Source: a phage. From it: 47,489 nucleotides of DNA. A program made the position numbers and the translations under genes. Every line of letters starts with the position of its first letter. The first letter of the stretch is position 1. Shown piece by piece: positions 35,310 to 44,819 of this stretch. A model generated the notes under the pieces. That model ran no database searches. It saw only the letters and a list, made by a program, of their open reading frames with translations, and was not told the origin of the DNA. Where the stretch lies: NCBI GenBank assembly GCA_025699765.1, contig GCA_025699765.1_4134.1, one strand, 5' to 3'.

Positions 35310-36881
35310 GTGATGTTTAATATTAAGCCAAAACTGAATTACCAACAGATTATTGAGATCGCAAATAGCACTGGAGTGAATCCGGTGGCGATCGCAATTC
35401 GTGAAAACAGTTACGGGGATTCAGTTTCTTTTTGGCAAGATCCGATCGATATCAACAGCGGAAACGATAAGTTCCCTCTGATTTCGTTAGGTGGCGATAA
35501 CCTGGTATTCGAATATGCAAAGGCAAAGGCTGAGTCTGTACAGTTCCCGGTTTCATCCGCGTATGCTCATTTTATCGGTTGCATCTCAGCCGCGATGCTC
35601 GGGAAGTTTTGGGTGCAATATCATGGAGAAGAACAGCCGACAGCGCTTTACATGGTAATCAGTCAGCCACCATCAACAGGTAAATCAGCGATTAACTCAG
35701 CGGCGATTACACCTATGCGTGCGGAGATTCAGCGACTGAATGAAGAGCGCAAAAAGGAACGTATCCGTTTAACCAGTCAGCTACGTCAGGTCGAGAAGGA
35801 AATAAAAAACGATCCGAAGGGTAACACGACGGCGGCTCTGTACGAGGACAAAGAAAAACTGGAAGAGAAGATCAAGAAGATGGCTGATATTGTTTTCGCG
35901 GTATCAGATCCTACACCTGAAGGTCTTGCGAAAGTGGCTGCTGTTCAAGGTCACTTCTCCGTAATCTCTGATGAGGCAACAGCAATAAATACATTGCTTG
36001 GACTGACCTATGGCGGTTCAGATAAGAAATCTAACAGTGAGCTTATCCTTAAGGCGTGGGATAAAAACCATATGGAGGTCGCGCGTTCAAATCAGGACAA
36101 CAACTTATCTCTTTGCCCGGTCGGTTCGATCTGCGTCATTGCGCAGGATGAAACAATCAAGGGTATCATGGATGCAGGCCAGCGAGGTATCGGTGTATCC
36201 GAACGTTTCTTGTTGGTTCGCGAGGAGCCGCTTTTAGGTACTCGTATTCTTTGTGATGAAAATGGCGATGCGCTGTATAAGGAAGTCGATCGAGGATTGG
36301 TTAGTAAATATTATCGACTCGTGCACAACATCATGAAGGAGGACAACGTTGTTCTCTCTGTGAGCCGTAATGCTATGCGTGAATTAAACCTTGCTCGCCA
36401 GGCGATGGAGCCTGATTTCGCTGCCGGGGGGAAATACTCTCACTCAATGCTTCGCGGTCATCTCGGCAAGTTCGATAAGCACGCTTTGCGTATTGCTTCA
36501 GTTCTCCACACGATCAAGAATTGGGAGGGTGAATCACCGAACCGTTCCAACCGTGAGATTGACCTTGAAACAATGCAGGAAGCGATCATGATCTTCAATG
36601 AGCTTTCCAGGACTTATCTGTCGTCTGCCAGCGCTGCCGGGTATGCTGGTGATGAGGCTGAATCTCGTAAGCTGATTGATGTTATCACTGAGATCGCGAA
36701 GAAGAACAAAGGCCGCGCACCTATTCATAGTATTGTTGCAAAGTGCCGGAACGTTACGCCGTTCAACGGTCAACAGAAAGTATCTGAGCGAATCGACAGC
36801 CTTCTGATTACGCTCGAAGAGATGAACTACACTTGCCGAATTGATGATATTGTTTTCATCAATCCTCGACTGATGGGTTAA
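35310..36881 (+). CDS. P-loop-motif protein, about 523 aa, unknown function (possible replication ATPase)
   Basis: Degenerate Walker-A-like SQPPSTGKSA and a long coiled-coil stretch; AAGGAG site before GTG/ATG at 35310/35313. Confidence 0.5.
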   Translation: MMFNIKPKLNYQQIIEIANSTGVNPVAIAIRENSYGDSVSFWQDPIDINSGNDKFPLISLGGDNLVFEYAKAKAESVQFPVSSAYAHFIGCISAAMLGKFWVQYHGEEQPTALYMVISQPPSTGKSAINSAAITPMRAEIQRLNEERKKERIRLTSQLRQVEKEIKNDPKGNTTAALYEDKEKLEEKIKKMADIVFAVSDPTPEGLAKVAAVQGHFSVISDEATAINTLLGLTYGGSDKKSNSELILKAWDKNHMEVARSNQDNNLSLCPVGSICVIAQDETIKGIMDAGQRGIGVSERFLLVREEPLLGTRILCDENGDALYKEVDRGLVSKYYRLVHNIMKEDNVVLSVSRNAMRELNLARQAMEPDFAAGGKYSHSMLRGHLGKFDKHALRIASVLHTIKNWEGESPNRSNREIDLETMQEAIMIFNELSRTYLSSASAAGYAGDEAESRKLIDVITEIAKKNKGRAPIHSIVAKCRNVTPFNGQQKVSERIDSLLITLEEMNYTCRIDDIVFINPRLMG

Positions 36882-36885
36882 TTAT

Positions 36886-37293
36886 ATGCTTCTTCTTTTA
36901 GATCTGTTCAGGTTCTGCGAAGGTTACGACAAATACACTCGTCAGCACATAGCGAAATTTATATACGCCCACAAGGAAAGTGAGCGATTTGCTAAGGCCG
37001 CCGGGATGACTCACCGTGAATTTACAAGCGCGCTATCTAAGGAGTTTTGCGCTCGTTGCGTTACTGATGGTTACTTGGATCGTAAGGATGGATTTTACTG
37101 GTGCAAGGGAAAGATCAAGCGCCCGGTAATGATGAAGCTGATGTGTATTGATGGCTACAACAATCGATATACGTGGGAAATGATGCATATTGGAGAAATG
37201 AGTGATGATGAATTGTTTGGCGAACGTAGAAACGTTGATAGATCGGAACGTCGAATTGTGCGCAAGACTCCAGCTTACGAAAGAAGAATTTGA
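36886..37293 (+). CDS. Hypothetical protein, 135 aa (C-terminal part doubtful)
   Basis: ORF starting 5 nt after the previous stop; its basic low-complexity C-terminus overlaps a better-looking ORF in another frame. Confidence 0.35.
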   Translation: MLLLLDLFRFCEGYDKYTRQHIAKFIYAHKESERFAKAAGMTHREFTSALSKEFCARCVTDGYLDRKDGFYWCKGKIKRPVMMKLMCIDGYNNRYTWEMMHIGEMSDDELFGERRNVDRSERRIVRKTPAYERRI

Positions 37294-37405
37294 ACAAGGA
37301 TTGCTCAGTCTATTGCTTACTTCTATGAGGGCAAATAACGACAGTGAGCACAATCTTTGCGATCAGGAGGGCGAATTACTCCTCCATGTAAAAAGGCACA
37401 AATAA
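37205..37405 (+). CDS. Hypothetical protein, 66 aa
   Basis: Overlapping-frame ORF with GGAG site and helical-looking sequence; ends at a strong terminator. Confidence 0.35.
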   Translation: MMNCLANVETLIDRNVELCARLQLTKEEFEQGLLSLLLTSMRANNDSEHNLCDQEGELLLHVKRHK

Positions 37406-37406
37406 G

Positions 37407-37427
37407 AAAGGAGGCTAAGCCTCCTTT
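37407..37427. terminator. Bidirectional terminator (aggaggct-aagcctcct + T7)
   Basis: Perfect hairpin followed by a T7 run; overlaps the spanin stop codon on the other strand. Confidence 0.55.
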
Positions 37428-37819
37428 TTTTCGCCCTTACGAATTGAAAAATAAACCAGCAACAGACCAATGAGAACGAGGGTCCAACCAACTATAGGAT
37501 CATACCAGTTTCCGGGCTTAGTCACAGTGATGCTTTCAGCGTTAACCGTGTTAGCCTTAATGGTTGACACTTCAATTGACTTCTTCACGGAAGAGTCAAC
37601 CTTTCCTACATTGGACTTTTCAACTTTAACATCTCGCTTATCTTCGGATTTTGCGGTTACTCCTGCTAATTGCTTTGTGTTCTCCTCTCCAATCTGTGCT
37701 GTAACTTCCGGTTTAGATCCGATTAAACCGCTCAGGGCAGATGGCATCGAGCAACCGGATAGAGAAATAACACCAACAGCCACTACAATCGCAATGCATG
37801 TTTTCTTCAGTTTCATCAT
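37415..37819 (-). CDS. Unimolecular spanin (lipoprotein with C-terminal transmembrane anchor)
   Basis: N-terminal signal peptide with lipobox LSGC plus a C-terminal TMD ([15 protein letters not shown]); about 134 aa, the architecture described for T1 gp11; last gene of the lysis cassette. Confidence 0.7.
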   Translation of the reverse strand: MMKLKKTCIAIVVAVGVISLSGCSMPSALSGLIGSKPEVTAQIGEENTKQLAGVTAKSEDKRDVKVEKSNVGKVDSSVKKSIEVSTIKANTVNAESITVTKPGNWYDPIVGWTLVLIGLLLVYFSIRKGEKKEA

Positions 37820-38304
37820 AATTCCTTAACGCAATACGCGTATTCTTCAGCGCGTCTGTTCTTGAGTCCTCTAGACACTTCGCGCTTTTTGGTTTTTGGG
37901 TTGTAGTAGTATACCCATCGCCATAACTGATTGCACGCTTCCCTGTGCTTACCCTGATTTATTAGCTTAAGCATTGTAGAAGATCCGAACGCGCCAGTAC
38001 CAACGTTGAAAGTAAAGCTATACAATGACGCGCGCATCGTTACAGGAATATCAACATTCACCTTTTTGTCTACGTATCTCTGAGCAACGCCGATGTGTTT
38101 TATCAACAAAGCATCGCATTCTCGCTTAGTGTATTTCTTACCAGGTATGACGTCCGGCCCGGTTATTCCGCTGCATACGGTAGGGACTCCGGCGATATCG
38201 TAATAAACCTCGTATTCTACACCTTCGATTCGTTCCAGTAGGGTAGGCGTCAACATCAAAGCTGCCCCGATCGATGCGCCTATAACGTTATTTTTTAAAC
38301 TCAC
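37816..38304 (-). CDS. Endolysin, phage lysozyme family, with N-terminal SAR-like segment
   Basis: Resembles P21 R21-type lysozyme ([24 protein letters not shown]; [25 protein letters not shown]; CNQLWRWVY), recalled from memory. N-terminal weakly hydrophobic Gly/Ala-rich stretch [17 protein letters not shown]. Confidence 0.8.
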   Translation of the reverse strand: MSLKNNVIGASIGAALMLTPTLLERIEGVEYEVYYDIAGVPTVCSGITGPDVIPGKKYTKRECDALLIKHIGVAQRYVDKKVNVDIPVTMRASLYSFTFNVGTGAFGSSTMLKLINQGKHREACNQLWRWVYYYNPKTKKREVSRGLKNRRAEEYAYCVKEL

Positions 38305-38546
38305 TATCTCCCCCTGATCTTAAGCACCTTATTTAGATCGCCATCGTTTAACGCTTCCTGAATTGCCTTGCTATCGCGATACTTCCAGTACGCTCCCCAA
38401 GCGCCAAAAAGCAGAAAGCAAATGAATGTAGCGCCAGCAATATAAAGTTGACCTGTCGCTGCCCCCACCAACGAAGCACCGCCCGTGCTTGACGTAGCTG
38501 CTGTTAAAAATTCTTTCATAATCTCACCATATATTTTTTTGAACAA
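38304..38546 (-). CDS. Holin (possible pinholin)
   Basis: 80 aa with Gly/Ala-rich hydrophobic segments and a charged C-terminus, immediately upstream of the endolysin with ATGA overlap. Confidence 0.6.
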   Translation of the reverse strand: MFKKIYGEIMKEFLTAATSSTGGASLVGAATGQLYIAGATFICFLLFGAWGAYWKYRDSKAIQEALNDGDLNKVLKIRGR

Positions 38547-38638
38547 GTGAGTCGATTTTAACCTTCAAATTTACTTGATACAACGCAAAAAGGCCAGCAT
38601 GTAAATCATGCCAGCCTGTAAGGTGATGAATGATATTG

Positions 38639-38815
38639 TTAATCTATCTCAATAAATTCCAGGTAGTAACCATTCAGAGGTGCTTGGATTACTGAGCCTC
38701 TACCGTCGTAAATCTCAAACAATCCCCCACCGAAATCATAACCAACACTATAGATCTGATTTACGCGGAATGGAAGTGTTTTGGAGTCATTTCGGATGCA
38801 CTTAACTCGTTTCAT
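38639..38815 (-). CDS. Hypothetical small protein, about 58 aa (below track cutoff), first ORF of lysis transcript
   Basis: Hand translation MKRVKCIRNDSKTLPFRVNQIYSVGYDFGGGLFEIYDGRGSVIQAPLNGYYLEFIEID; AAAGAGG site upstream. Confidence 0.3.
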   Translation of the reverse strand: MKRVKCIRNDSKTLPFRVNQIYSVGYDFGGGLFEIYDGRGSVIQAPLNGYYLEFIEID

Positions 38816-38880
38816 GATATGTAGCCTCTTTGTTTTTGATGTGGTTACTATACCCGAATCCCTTCGGGCGTTTTTATCAA

Positions 38881-40032
38881 TTAGTGCGATCCTGTCATTT
38901 CTGGACGGTAGATGAATCGACCTATCTCACCAAATTTCTTGTCGTAAACGATTACCGCCGCCTGACGATATGAGCGCCACCCGCCGCGCGCGGCGTATGC
39001 ATCCTTCGCTCCTAACTGACCGTGAACCTCATCGATACCTAACGAGTGTTCAGTGATTGTCTGATGATGCCAGTGACCGCTATGAGTATACACATACTTG
39101 CTCTCTCCGAAGTCTGCACGGAAGTCTGCCGCCATCGCTGCAAGTCGCGTGTCTGCCTTTTTCATAGTGTGCCCGTGAGTGTATCCCAATAAGGTGTTTC
39201 CCCATCGAGTCTTATGCAGAATCATAGGGCTAACGTCAACGAATACTCGCGGCTCGTCTTCATAATATGCCGACATTGCAGCACGTAGCCAAATCATCCC
39301 GGCCTGGTCGTGGTTCCCTTCAATAATCTGAACCTCGACTTCTTTGTGTTTCATAAGCATTTTGTCGATAGCGCGACGCACAGAACGGATCGCAACATGC
39401 ACCAATTTTGCGTATCGTGAATCCTGATCCAGAACGTGACCGCTTGCCGGGGTAACAGCATCAAGACTGTCCGAGTGAAGGAAGTCACCGCCAATTAACA
39501 GAACAGCCTTCTCTGCGTTAGGGGCAATATCGATCGCGTAATTGAAGAAGTCGCTAAGCACTTTTTCCGCTACGTCGGTAGAGTAGTTCTCTCCGCATTC
39601 ATGCTTATGAGCAAGCGCACCAATATGGAGATCGAATACCGGATAGAGTGCCAACTTACCCATCGCTGTCGTAAGTCCTTGTGAGGTTAGTAGTTCAGTT
39701 GGCTTTGCTCGCGGCAGGTCTTCACAGAATGCAATGCGCGCCGCTTCCATCATTGCCGCAATCTTCTCGCGGTCCTGATCGGTCTTTACCCAGCGCACTA
39801 CCTCGGTCCCATCACCTCGAATCATCGTCGACGTGCCTTTTACCATGAATCCCTCGGGAACGTTTTTAGCAACATGCTCGTTACCGTGAAAATGACCTTC
39901 TTTTGCCAGCTTGGCGTGACGCGCTTCAACAGTGCGAATGTGCATGCCGTATTTTTCCGCGATCTCTCGAAGTGTTAGGCCGCTCATGCGCTCTTCGATA
40001 AGTTGCTCGGTAGTGATTTTAGCTTGTGACAT
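38881..40032 (-). CDS. HTH-metallophosphoesterase fusion protein
   Basis: N-terminal helix-turn-helix (LTLREIAEKYGMHIRTVEARHAKL) fused to a calcineurin-like phosphoesterase domain (DLHIG; GGDFLHSD; EGNHD; GHTHG; GHWHH). Confidence 0.7.
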   Translation of the reverse strand: MSQAKITTEQLIEERMSGLTLREIAEKYGMHIRTVEARHAKLAKEGHFHGNEHVAKNVPEGFMVKGTSTMIRGDGTEVVRWVKTDQDREKIAAMMEAARIAFCEDLPRAKPTELLTSQGLTTAMGKLALYPVFDLHIGALAHKHECGENYSTDVAEKVLSDFFNYAIDIAPNAEKAVLLIGGDFLHSDSLDAVTPASGHVLDQDSRYAKLVHVAIRSVRRAIDKMLMKHKEVEVQIIEGNHDQAGMIWLRAAMSAYYEDEPRVFVDVSPMILHKTRWGNTLLGYTHGHTMKKADTRLAAMAADFRADFGESKYVYTHSGHWHHQTITEHSLGIDEVHGQLGAKDAYAARGGWRSYRQAAVIVYDKKFGEIGRFIYRPEMTGSH

Positions 40033-40110
40033 ATTTTAATCCTTACATGATAATGAAATACATTACTGAAAATGAAATTAGCGGTGTTAATACTACAGCA
40101 AAATAAAGTT

Positions 40111-40512
40111 TCATGCCACAGCCTTTAACCAGAATCCTAGATCCGAAGATTTAAACTCAACAAGTTTTCCGTCAACCTCAAGCATCATACTGTTTCTGCC
40201 TGGTGAGTAGTAACCTATATGCAACTCCTGCTCAATACCGATAGTGCACAGCACGTTAACGAAGTCAGGTGGTAGCCAGTCAGAGAAAGGGATTTGCTTA
40301 ACCTGCCTTTTCCCGATCCATATTGTCTGGTAGTCATCTGAGTTAATATTTAAGCCTGGAAGTCTTGTTGTTCTTTGCGTTTTTTCGTTCTCGCTCAATT
40401 CTCTTTCCTTCTTCACGATAAAACTCAAGTGACGGGGTGGCTGGCACTCTATGCATTTTTCTCGGCATATCTTCCATAAATGAAATCTTTCCGTTTGATA
40501 TAATGCTAACAT
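40111..40512 (-). CDS. Hypothetical ORF, 133 aa; overlaps 40343-40615 in another frame
   Basis: C-terminal ~80 aa looks protein-like; the N-terminal part overlaps the neighbouring ORF. Confidence 0.3.
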   Translation of the reverse strand: MLALYQTERFHLWKICREKCIECQPPRHLSFIVKKERELSENEKTQRTTRLPGLNINSDDYQTIWIGKRQVKQIPFSDWLPPDFVNVLCTIGIEQELHIGYYSPGRNSMMLEVDGKLVEFKSSDLGFWLKAVA

Positions 40513-40615
40513 CCTTTATATCGAAATATTTTGCTATTAGTGCTATATCGTCTGATATTCCGCATTCCTTCGCGTGCTCCCAAACCTCTCGTTTACCTTG
40601 TTTTTTTATCAGCAT
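40343..40615 (-). CDS. Hypothetical ORF, 90 aa; overlaps 40111-40512
   Basis: N-terminal ~55 aa looks protein-like; the C-terminus is low-complexity basic. Confidence 0.35.
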   Translation of the reverse strand: MLIKKQGKREVWEHAKECGISDDIALIAKYFDIKDVSIISNGKISFMEDMPRKMHRVPATPSLEFYREEGKRIERERKNAKNNKTSRLKY

Positions 40616-40817
40616 TGGTTAGTTTCTCCACGCTTTCAATAAAACACTCAACATCTTTGACTGAGCATAGGTAATAAGCCATTTTAAGGAAGTTCATAGC
40701 AATATCCCAATCAAAGTTACCGCCTTTCTTGTTGGTGATATTAACAGCCATTTTTGCTGACTGTTGAGCGATATTGAAAAAGTTTGCGTTAATGCGTGCC
40801 ATCTTTTGATTCCTCAT
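40593..40817 (-). CDS. Hypothetical protein, 74 aa
   Basis: ORF immediately downstream of a palindrome-bearing promoter element. Confidence 0.45.
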   Translation of the reverse strand: MRNQKMARINANFFNIAQQSAKMAVNITNKKGGNFDWDIAMNFLKMAYYLCSVKDVECFIESVEKLTNADKKTR

Positions 40818-40868
40818 CTTGTCTCAATGAAATAACTATACCCGACTTTCGCCGGGTATTTTTAGCAA

Positions 40869-41120
40869 TTAGTGCTGAACGATCGTATCTGCTTTAAGTT
40901 CATCTACGTCTTTCTGGATAATTGAAGGCCAATTCTCGATATGTTCATTTTTTATCTCATCGAAAGACATATCAAGAGAACTAGTGAAATCCCACAGATC
41001 GCAACCAATAACATCCTGAGTCAATCCGTTTCGCTCCATAATTTCGCAGCACGTAGCTCGATAAAGTAGCCATAAACCTTGATCAGTTAACTTAACAGGA
41101 ATCATTTTCTCGTTAATCAT
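40869..41120 (-). CDS. Hypothetical protein, 83 aa
   Basis: ORF with ATGA overlap to the upstream methyltransferase gene. Confidence 0.45.
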   Translation of the reverse strand: MINEKMIPVKLTDQGLWLLYRATCCEIMERNGLTQDVIGCDLWDFTSSLDMSFDEIKNEHIENWPSIIQKDVDELKADTIVQH

Positions 41121-41830
41121 ACTTTCCTTACTTTTGCGCGCTTGTTTTTAACCGAAGGGCAAATGCTTGTGATTGGGATATAGTGAGTCTGTTGAACCTC
41201 ACCCTCTTTCAGTTCGCGCATAATGAAAATTACCGAACCTTTGTTATTACCATCAACGGCCTTCCCGGTTTCACCTGATATGAACGCCAGGCGACCGGAT
41301 CGGGCGTACTCGTTCCCGTAGATATCCTCCGTCAAATCCGCTTCAATCCAGATAATCTCAGCCGCGTGCTGTCGCGCCTCAGTAAACCACGCTGTAGAAT
41401 TATCGGCAGGCAACAGAATATCAATCTGGTTGTTGTGCTCCATTTGCTCGATCGCCTTCTTGACGAATATATCAGGTCGACTGTAAGGAGGATTTAACCA
41501 TACGTGCTTATTTTTACCCCACCAACGCTTTAAGCAGTTTGTTTCATGAGAATAAAACTTCTCGCAAACTTTATTTTCCTCGCTTGCCGCAGCGTCAAGA
41601 TCATATTTTCCGTAACGCCCCTCAAGGTATGCAATAACCTCGCGTGGAGTTGACCATAAATCACGAACTGCGTCAGGTGTATTGGTTCCCTTGTATCGAC
41701 GCCCTGAAATCTCTTTGCAGGTTGGCGTTTTCAATGCCTGATAATAACCGCCTGATGCTATTGCTTCGCGAGTTAATGAGCAACCAGTATCTGCAAAGTA
41801 GATGGTTTCAATATCATTGAAGTCTTTCAT
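41117..41830 (-). CDS. dam: DNA N6-adenine methyltransferase (Dam-like)
   Basis: DLDAAAS (AdoMet-binding) and NPPY (catalytic motif IV) in the order typical of phage N6-adenine methyltransferases. Confidence 0.8.
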   Translation of the reverse strand: MKDFNDIETIYFADTGCSLTREAIASGGYYQALKTPTCKEISGRRYKGTNTPDAVRDLWSTPREVIAYLEGRYGKYDLDAAASEENKVCEKFYSHETNCLKRWWGKNKHVWLNPPYSRPDIFVKKAIEQMEHNNQIDILLPADNSTAWFTEARQHAAEIIWIEADLTEDIYGNEYARSGRLAFISGETGKAVDGNNKGSVIFIMRELKEGEVQQTHYIPITSICPSVKNKRAKVRKV

Positions 41831-41897
41831 TTTTAGTCCTCTCGTTTTGGTGAAATAATAATGCCATATTCCATTCCGGCAGTTTTAACAAAAAGTG

Positions 41898-42329
41898 CTA
41901 TTTCATCATTTCGTAGATTGAGATCTTGAATTGCGCGAATCCGTATGCGACGGCAGAGAAGCCGCCACGCTCCCGGACCTTTCGAAGAAACTCCCTTTGC
42001 TTGTCGCTGACTGGTGACGCCTTTCCTTTGCCTGACTTATTAACCCGCTTTAGTTCTATTGCTGCAAACGGGTATTTTGAGTTGACACCAATCAGGATAA
42101 CGAAGTCTGACACGCCTTTAAGCAATCCGGCCTGCTCATCCCTGAGCGCCGATGTGATTGTTTTTTCACCTTCATTGACAGTGTGCCAAAATAGAAGGTG
42201 CGGGAAGTTGTATTTCAGCCAGGACACGCAATCTACCTGGTGAGCATCCTCCTTTCGCATGTCGCTTGGATCTCGTTCGTAAAATTCTAAGTAATCGCCT
42301 TTATCAGTTACTGACATTCTTATCTCCAT
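41898..42329 (-). CDS. VRR-NUC domain nuclease
   Basis: PD-(D/E)XK-type core ...GVSDFVILIGV...AIELK...; size typical of VRR-NUC proteins. Confidence 0.6.
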   Translation of the reverse strand: MEIRMSVTDKGDYLEFYERDPSDMRKEDAHQVDCVSWLKYNFPHLLFWHTVNEGEKTITSALRDEQAGLLKGVSDFVILIGVNSKYPFAAIELKRVNKSGKGKASPVSDKQREFLRKVRERGGFSAVAYGFAQFKISIYEMMK

Positions 42330-42804
42330 GATTTCTGTGGAAGTTAAACTTTACTTCTGCATCTACCCTTGCTTCCCTAGCTTCTTCTATGTCCTTAAAA
42401 TAACCTAAGTGATATGTCTTTCCGTTGTACTTTATTGATGCTTTCCATTTTCCTGTTTTCTTGAATAGTGAAACTCCAGTTACTCCGCTAGTGTTTGATT
42501 TTGACATTGAAAGGTTTTTTGCGTTATCAGATCTTTTTACCAATCTCAAGTTATCTTTAGCTTGGTTTTTTGGGTTATGGTCAATGTGATCTATCTCAAG
42601 GCCACAAGGAACCTTAAAGCCGTGGTGAATTTCCCAAGCTATGTGATGAGCCATAAGCCTTTCACCCATTACCATTACGCTTATGTATCCATTTTTGTTT
42701 GGGCTTCCGGCAACTTCGCCTATGTTGTTCTTTTGTTTTTTACTTGATTTAGCCCTCCATCTAAGAGAACCATTTTTACACACATAAAACAAATCTGTAA
42801 TCAT
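42304..42804 (-). CDS. HNH homing endonuclease with AP2-like domain
   Basis: HNH core (EIDHIDHNPKNQAKDNLRLVKRSDN) plus AP2-type segment (SGVTGVSLFKKTGKWKASIKYNGKTYHLGYFKDIEEAREA); third copy of this family. Confidence 0.8.
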   Translation of the reverse strand: MITDLFYVCKNGSLRWRAKSSKKQKNNIGEVAGSPNKNGYISVMVMGERLMAHHIAWEIHHGFKVPCGLEIDHIDHNPKNQAKDNLRLVKRSDNAKNLSMSKSNTSGVTGVSLFKKTGKWKASIKYNGKTYHLGYFKDIEEAREARVDAEVKFNFHRNHGDKNVSN

Positions 42805-44819
42805 TCCGGGATATCCTCCATACCGAAGTCTTTGCGTGAAATAATATCTTCTTTCTTCTGGTTGCGACGATGAGTTACGCGCACCGGGTGAGCAATATGA
42901 TGTGCGTATTGCACGATCTTGATGGCATTCTTCATTCCGATAAAGTAGCGTCGCATTTTAGGATCTGATACGTGTGGCAATACGCCTTTCGTTTTCCATA
43001 TTGTACCGCAAATCTTAGAGTCGGACTCAGGGAAAAATTTTTCATACGCATTGAACTCATCACCTTCGTCGTTAATCAGCGTGTATTTGTATATTATGCC
43101 TTTCTGGTTTTTGGTTAGCGTAACCTCAAAATTCTTTACTTCATACCAGTCATTCTTGGTGTACGCCTTACCTGATAACTTCAAGTTAGGATCGACAAGC
43201 GAAACATCACAACAACGACAGACTCGGGCCACAACGTCATTCTCTGCACCGCATCCTTTAACAAGGATTTTTCCGGTGCGCTCGTCAACCTGGTCCTCAC
43301 AAATCTGAGAAATCCAGAAATGATCGCATCTCTCACCGTCTATAACGTTAACGCATCGGCGAGCGTAGAAGCTATTAACGCAACCGCATTTCGGACATGT
43401 TTTCGGATCTTTGCCGTTTTCAAAACGCTTCTGGAATTGCGCCTGCTCAAGTATCGGATCGAAATAAAGCTGACCCAACTCATCCATAGTGCCAGCGAAA
43501 TCCCATACCAGATGGTCTTGCTTAACCATTCCTTCAGCAACCTGCCATGATTTAAGCAGCCGCATACCCCTACCCAAAAGCTGAATCAACAGAGTGAGAG
43601 ATCCTATCTTGCGGAGTATGACACTAAAATCCCAATTTGGAACGTTAACGCCAGTAGTGAGCGCCATTACCTGAAAGGTGTATTTAATCTTCCCGGCCCT
43701 TACATCGTCCAGAATCTTCTTGCGCGTTTTGGTGTCTGTGTCGCCAGTGATGATTGCATAGGTGCTTCCTGGAGGCAGTGCTGCCGCCGCCTCTTTACAG
43801 TGACGCACCCCAGCGCATGTAATCAGAACCGCGTTACGCTCTTCAGCCTTTTTGGCGACCATTTGCATGATTCGCTGAGTAAGAGATTTATCATGAAGGA
43901 TCTCATCTTCCATTGCCTTCATATCTTTCTCTGTAAAGTCCTGTACGCCGTCTTCGCTTGATGCCTTGAACTTATCCAGATCGTAGTGTACGCCGTCAGT
44001 TGAACCGAATATCGTCGGCACAACAGATCCGAACTCAATCAGATAGTTTGTGTCGATATCAGTTACTCGCTCACGCCAGAATCCCAGCGCTTTAGGATTC
44101 TCTACCAGAATAGGAACTACACCCCGAAATTCAGATCCGGTCATACCAAATATTCTGAGATCGTGACCGTGAACCTTTTTACAGCGCCGCATCATTTCCA
44201 TGATTACGATCGTGTACTGACTGCGCTTGGTTCCAAGTAAAGGTTTTCCATCATTACCAATCATGGGGGCATCTCCGTCCATGATAACTTTCCCTTTTTC
44301 TCCCCTCATCTGTTCCATCGTTTCCTTGCCTTCTATTGCTTGCGCAAGGTCTTCCCAATCCACCTGGTGACATTCGTCGATCCCAATTACATGCGGGACA
44401 AAATCAGCCAACTCATTGTCGAGGCCATTTGCAACCGTACCCTCAGAGCCAACCACGATCGGGAAGTAGCAGGACTTGATTCCAAGCGATGCTGAGAAGA
44501 TGGAGTTCGTTACCCCGAAGTTGTCGATCTCCTCACTATCCTGATCGACAATCTCACCCTGCCGGGCAAGCACAAGCATTTTCAGGCCCATTTTTTGACA
44601 CTGCTTTGCCACCATAGCGAATATGATTGTTTTACCCGCAGATACTGACGCTTTAACAAAGAATGGATGCTCGTAATTTGACAGGCGTTTTGCAATCTCG
44701 GCATAAGCAACAACCTGATACGGATAAGGAACGACCTCACCGACAGTAAATCGTTCTTGAGTGCGTTTTATATAGTCCTCGCCAAGTAATGCGATTTGCT
44801 TCTTGATGTTAATTGTCAC
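42801..44819 (-). CDS. Superfamily-2 helicase (DEAD/DEAH-like) with C-terminal zinc finger
   Basis: Walker A (SVSAGKT), DECH box, and a C-terminal CPKCGC...C..H cluster; 672 aa; GTG start. Confidence 0.8.
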   Translation of the reverse strand: MTINIKKQIALLGEDYIKRTQERFTVGEVVPYPYQVVAYAEIAKRLSNYEHPFFVKASVSAGKTIIFAMVAKQCQKMGLKMLVLARQGEIVDQDSEEIDNFGVTNSIFSASLGIKSCYFPIVVGSEGTVANGLDNELADFVPHVIGIDECHQVDWEDLAQAIEGKETMEQMRGEKGKVIMDGDAPMIGNDGKPLLGTKRSQYTIVIMEMMRRCKKVHGHDLRIFGMTGSEFRGVVPILVENPKALGFWRERVTDIDTNYLIEFGSVVPTIFGSTDGVHYDLDKFKASSEDGVQDFTEKDMKAMEDEILHDKSLTQRIMQMVAKKAEERNAVLITCAGVRHCKEAAAALPPGSTYAIITGDTDTKTRKKILDDVRAGKIKYTFQVMALTTGVNVPNWDFSVILRKIGSLTLLIQLLGRGMRLLKSWQVAEGMVKQDHLVWDFAGTMDELGQLYFDPILEQAQFQKRFENGKDPKTCPKCGCVNSFYARRCVNVIDGERCDHFWISQICEDQVDERTGKILVKGCGAENDVVARVCRCCDVSLVDPNLKLSGKAYTKNDWYEVKNFEVTLTKNQKGIIYKYTLINDEGDEFNAYEKFFPESDSKICGTIWKTKGVLPHVSDPKMRRYFIGMKNAIKIVQYAHHIAHPVRVTHRRNQKKEDIISRKDFGMEDIPE

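Noticed and set aside
38846-38870. Hairpins inside the promoter-like cassettes (for example cccgaatcccttcggg at 38852-38867, tacccgactttcgccgggta at about 40838-40857) as terminators for the minus-strand genes
   Set aside because: Their T-runs lie on the plus strand, so they would terminate plus-strand (antisense) transcription rather than the upstream minus-strand genes; they were kept as part of the regulatory cassette, not called as terminators.
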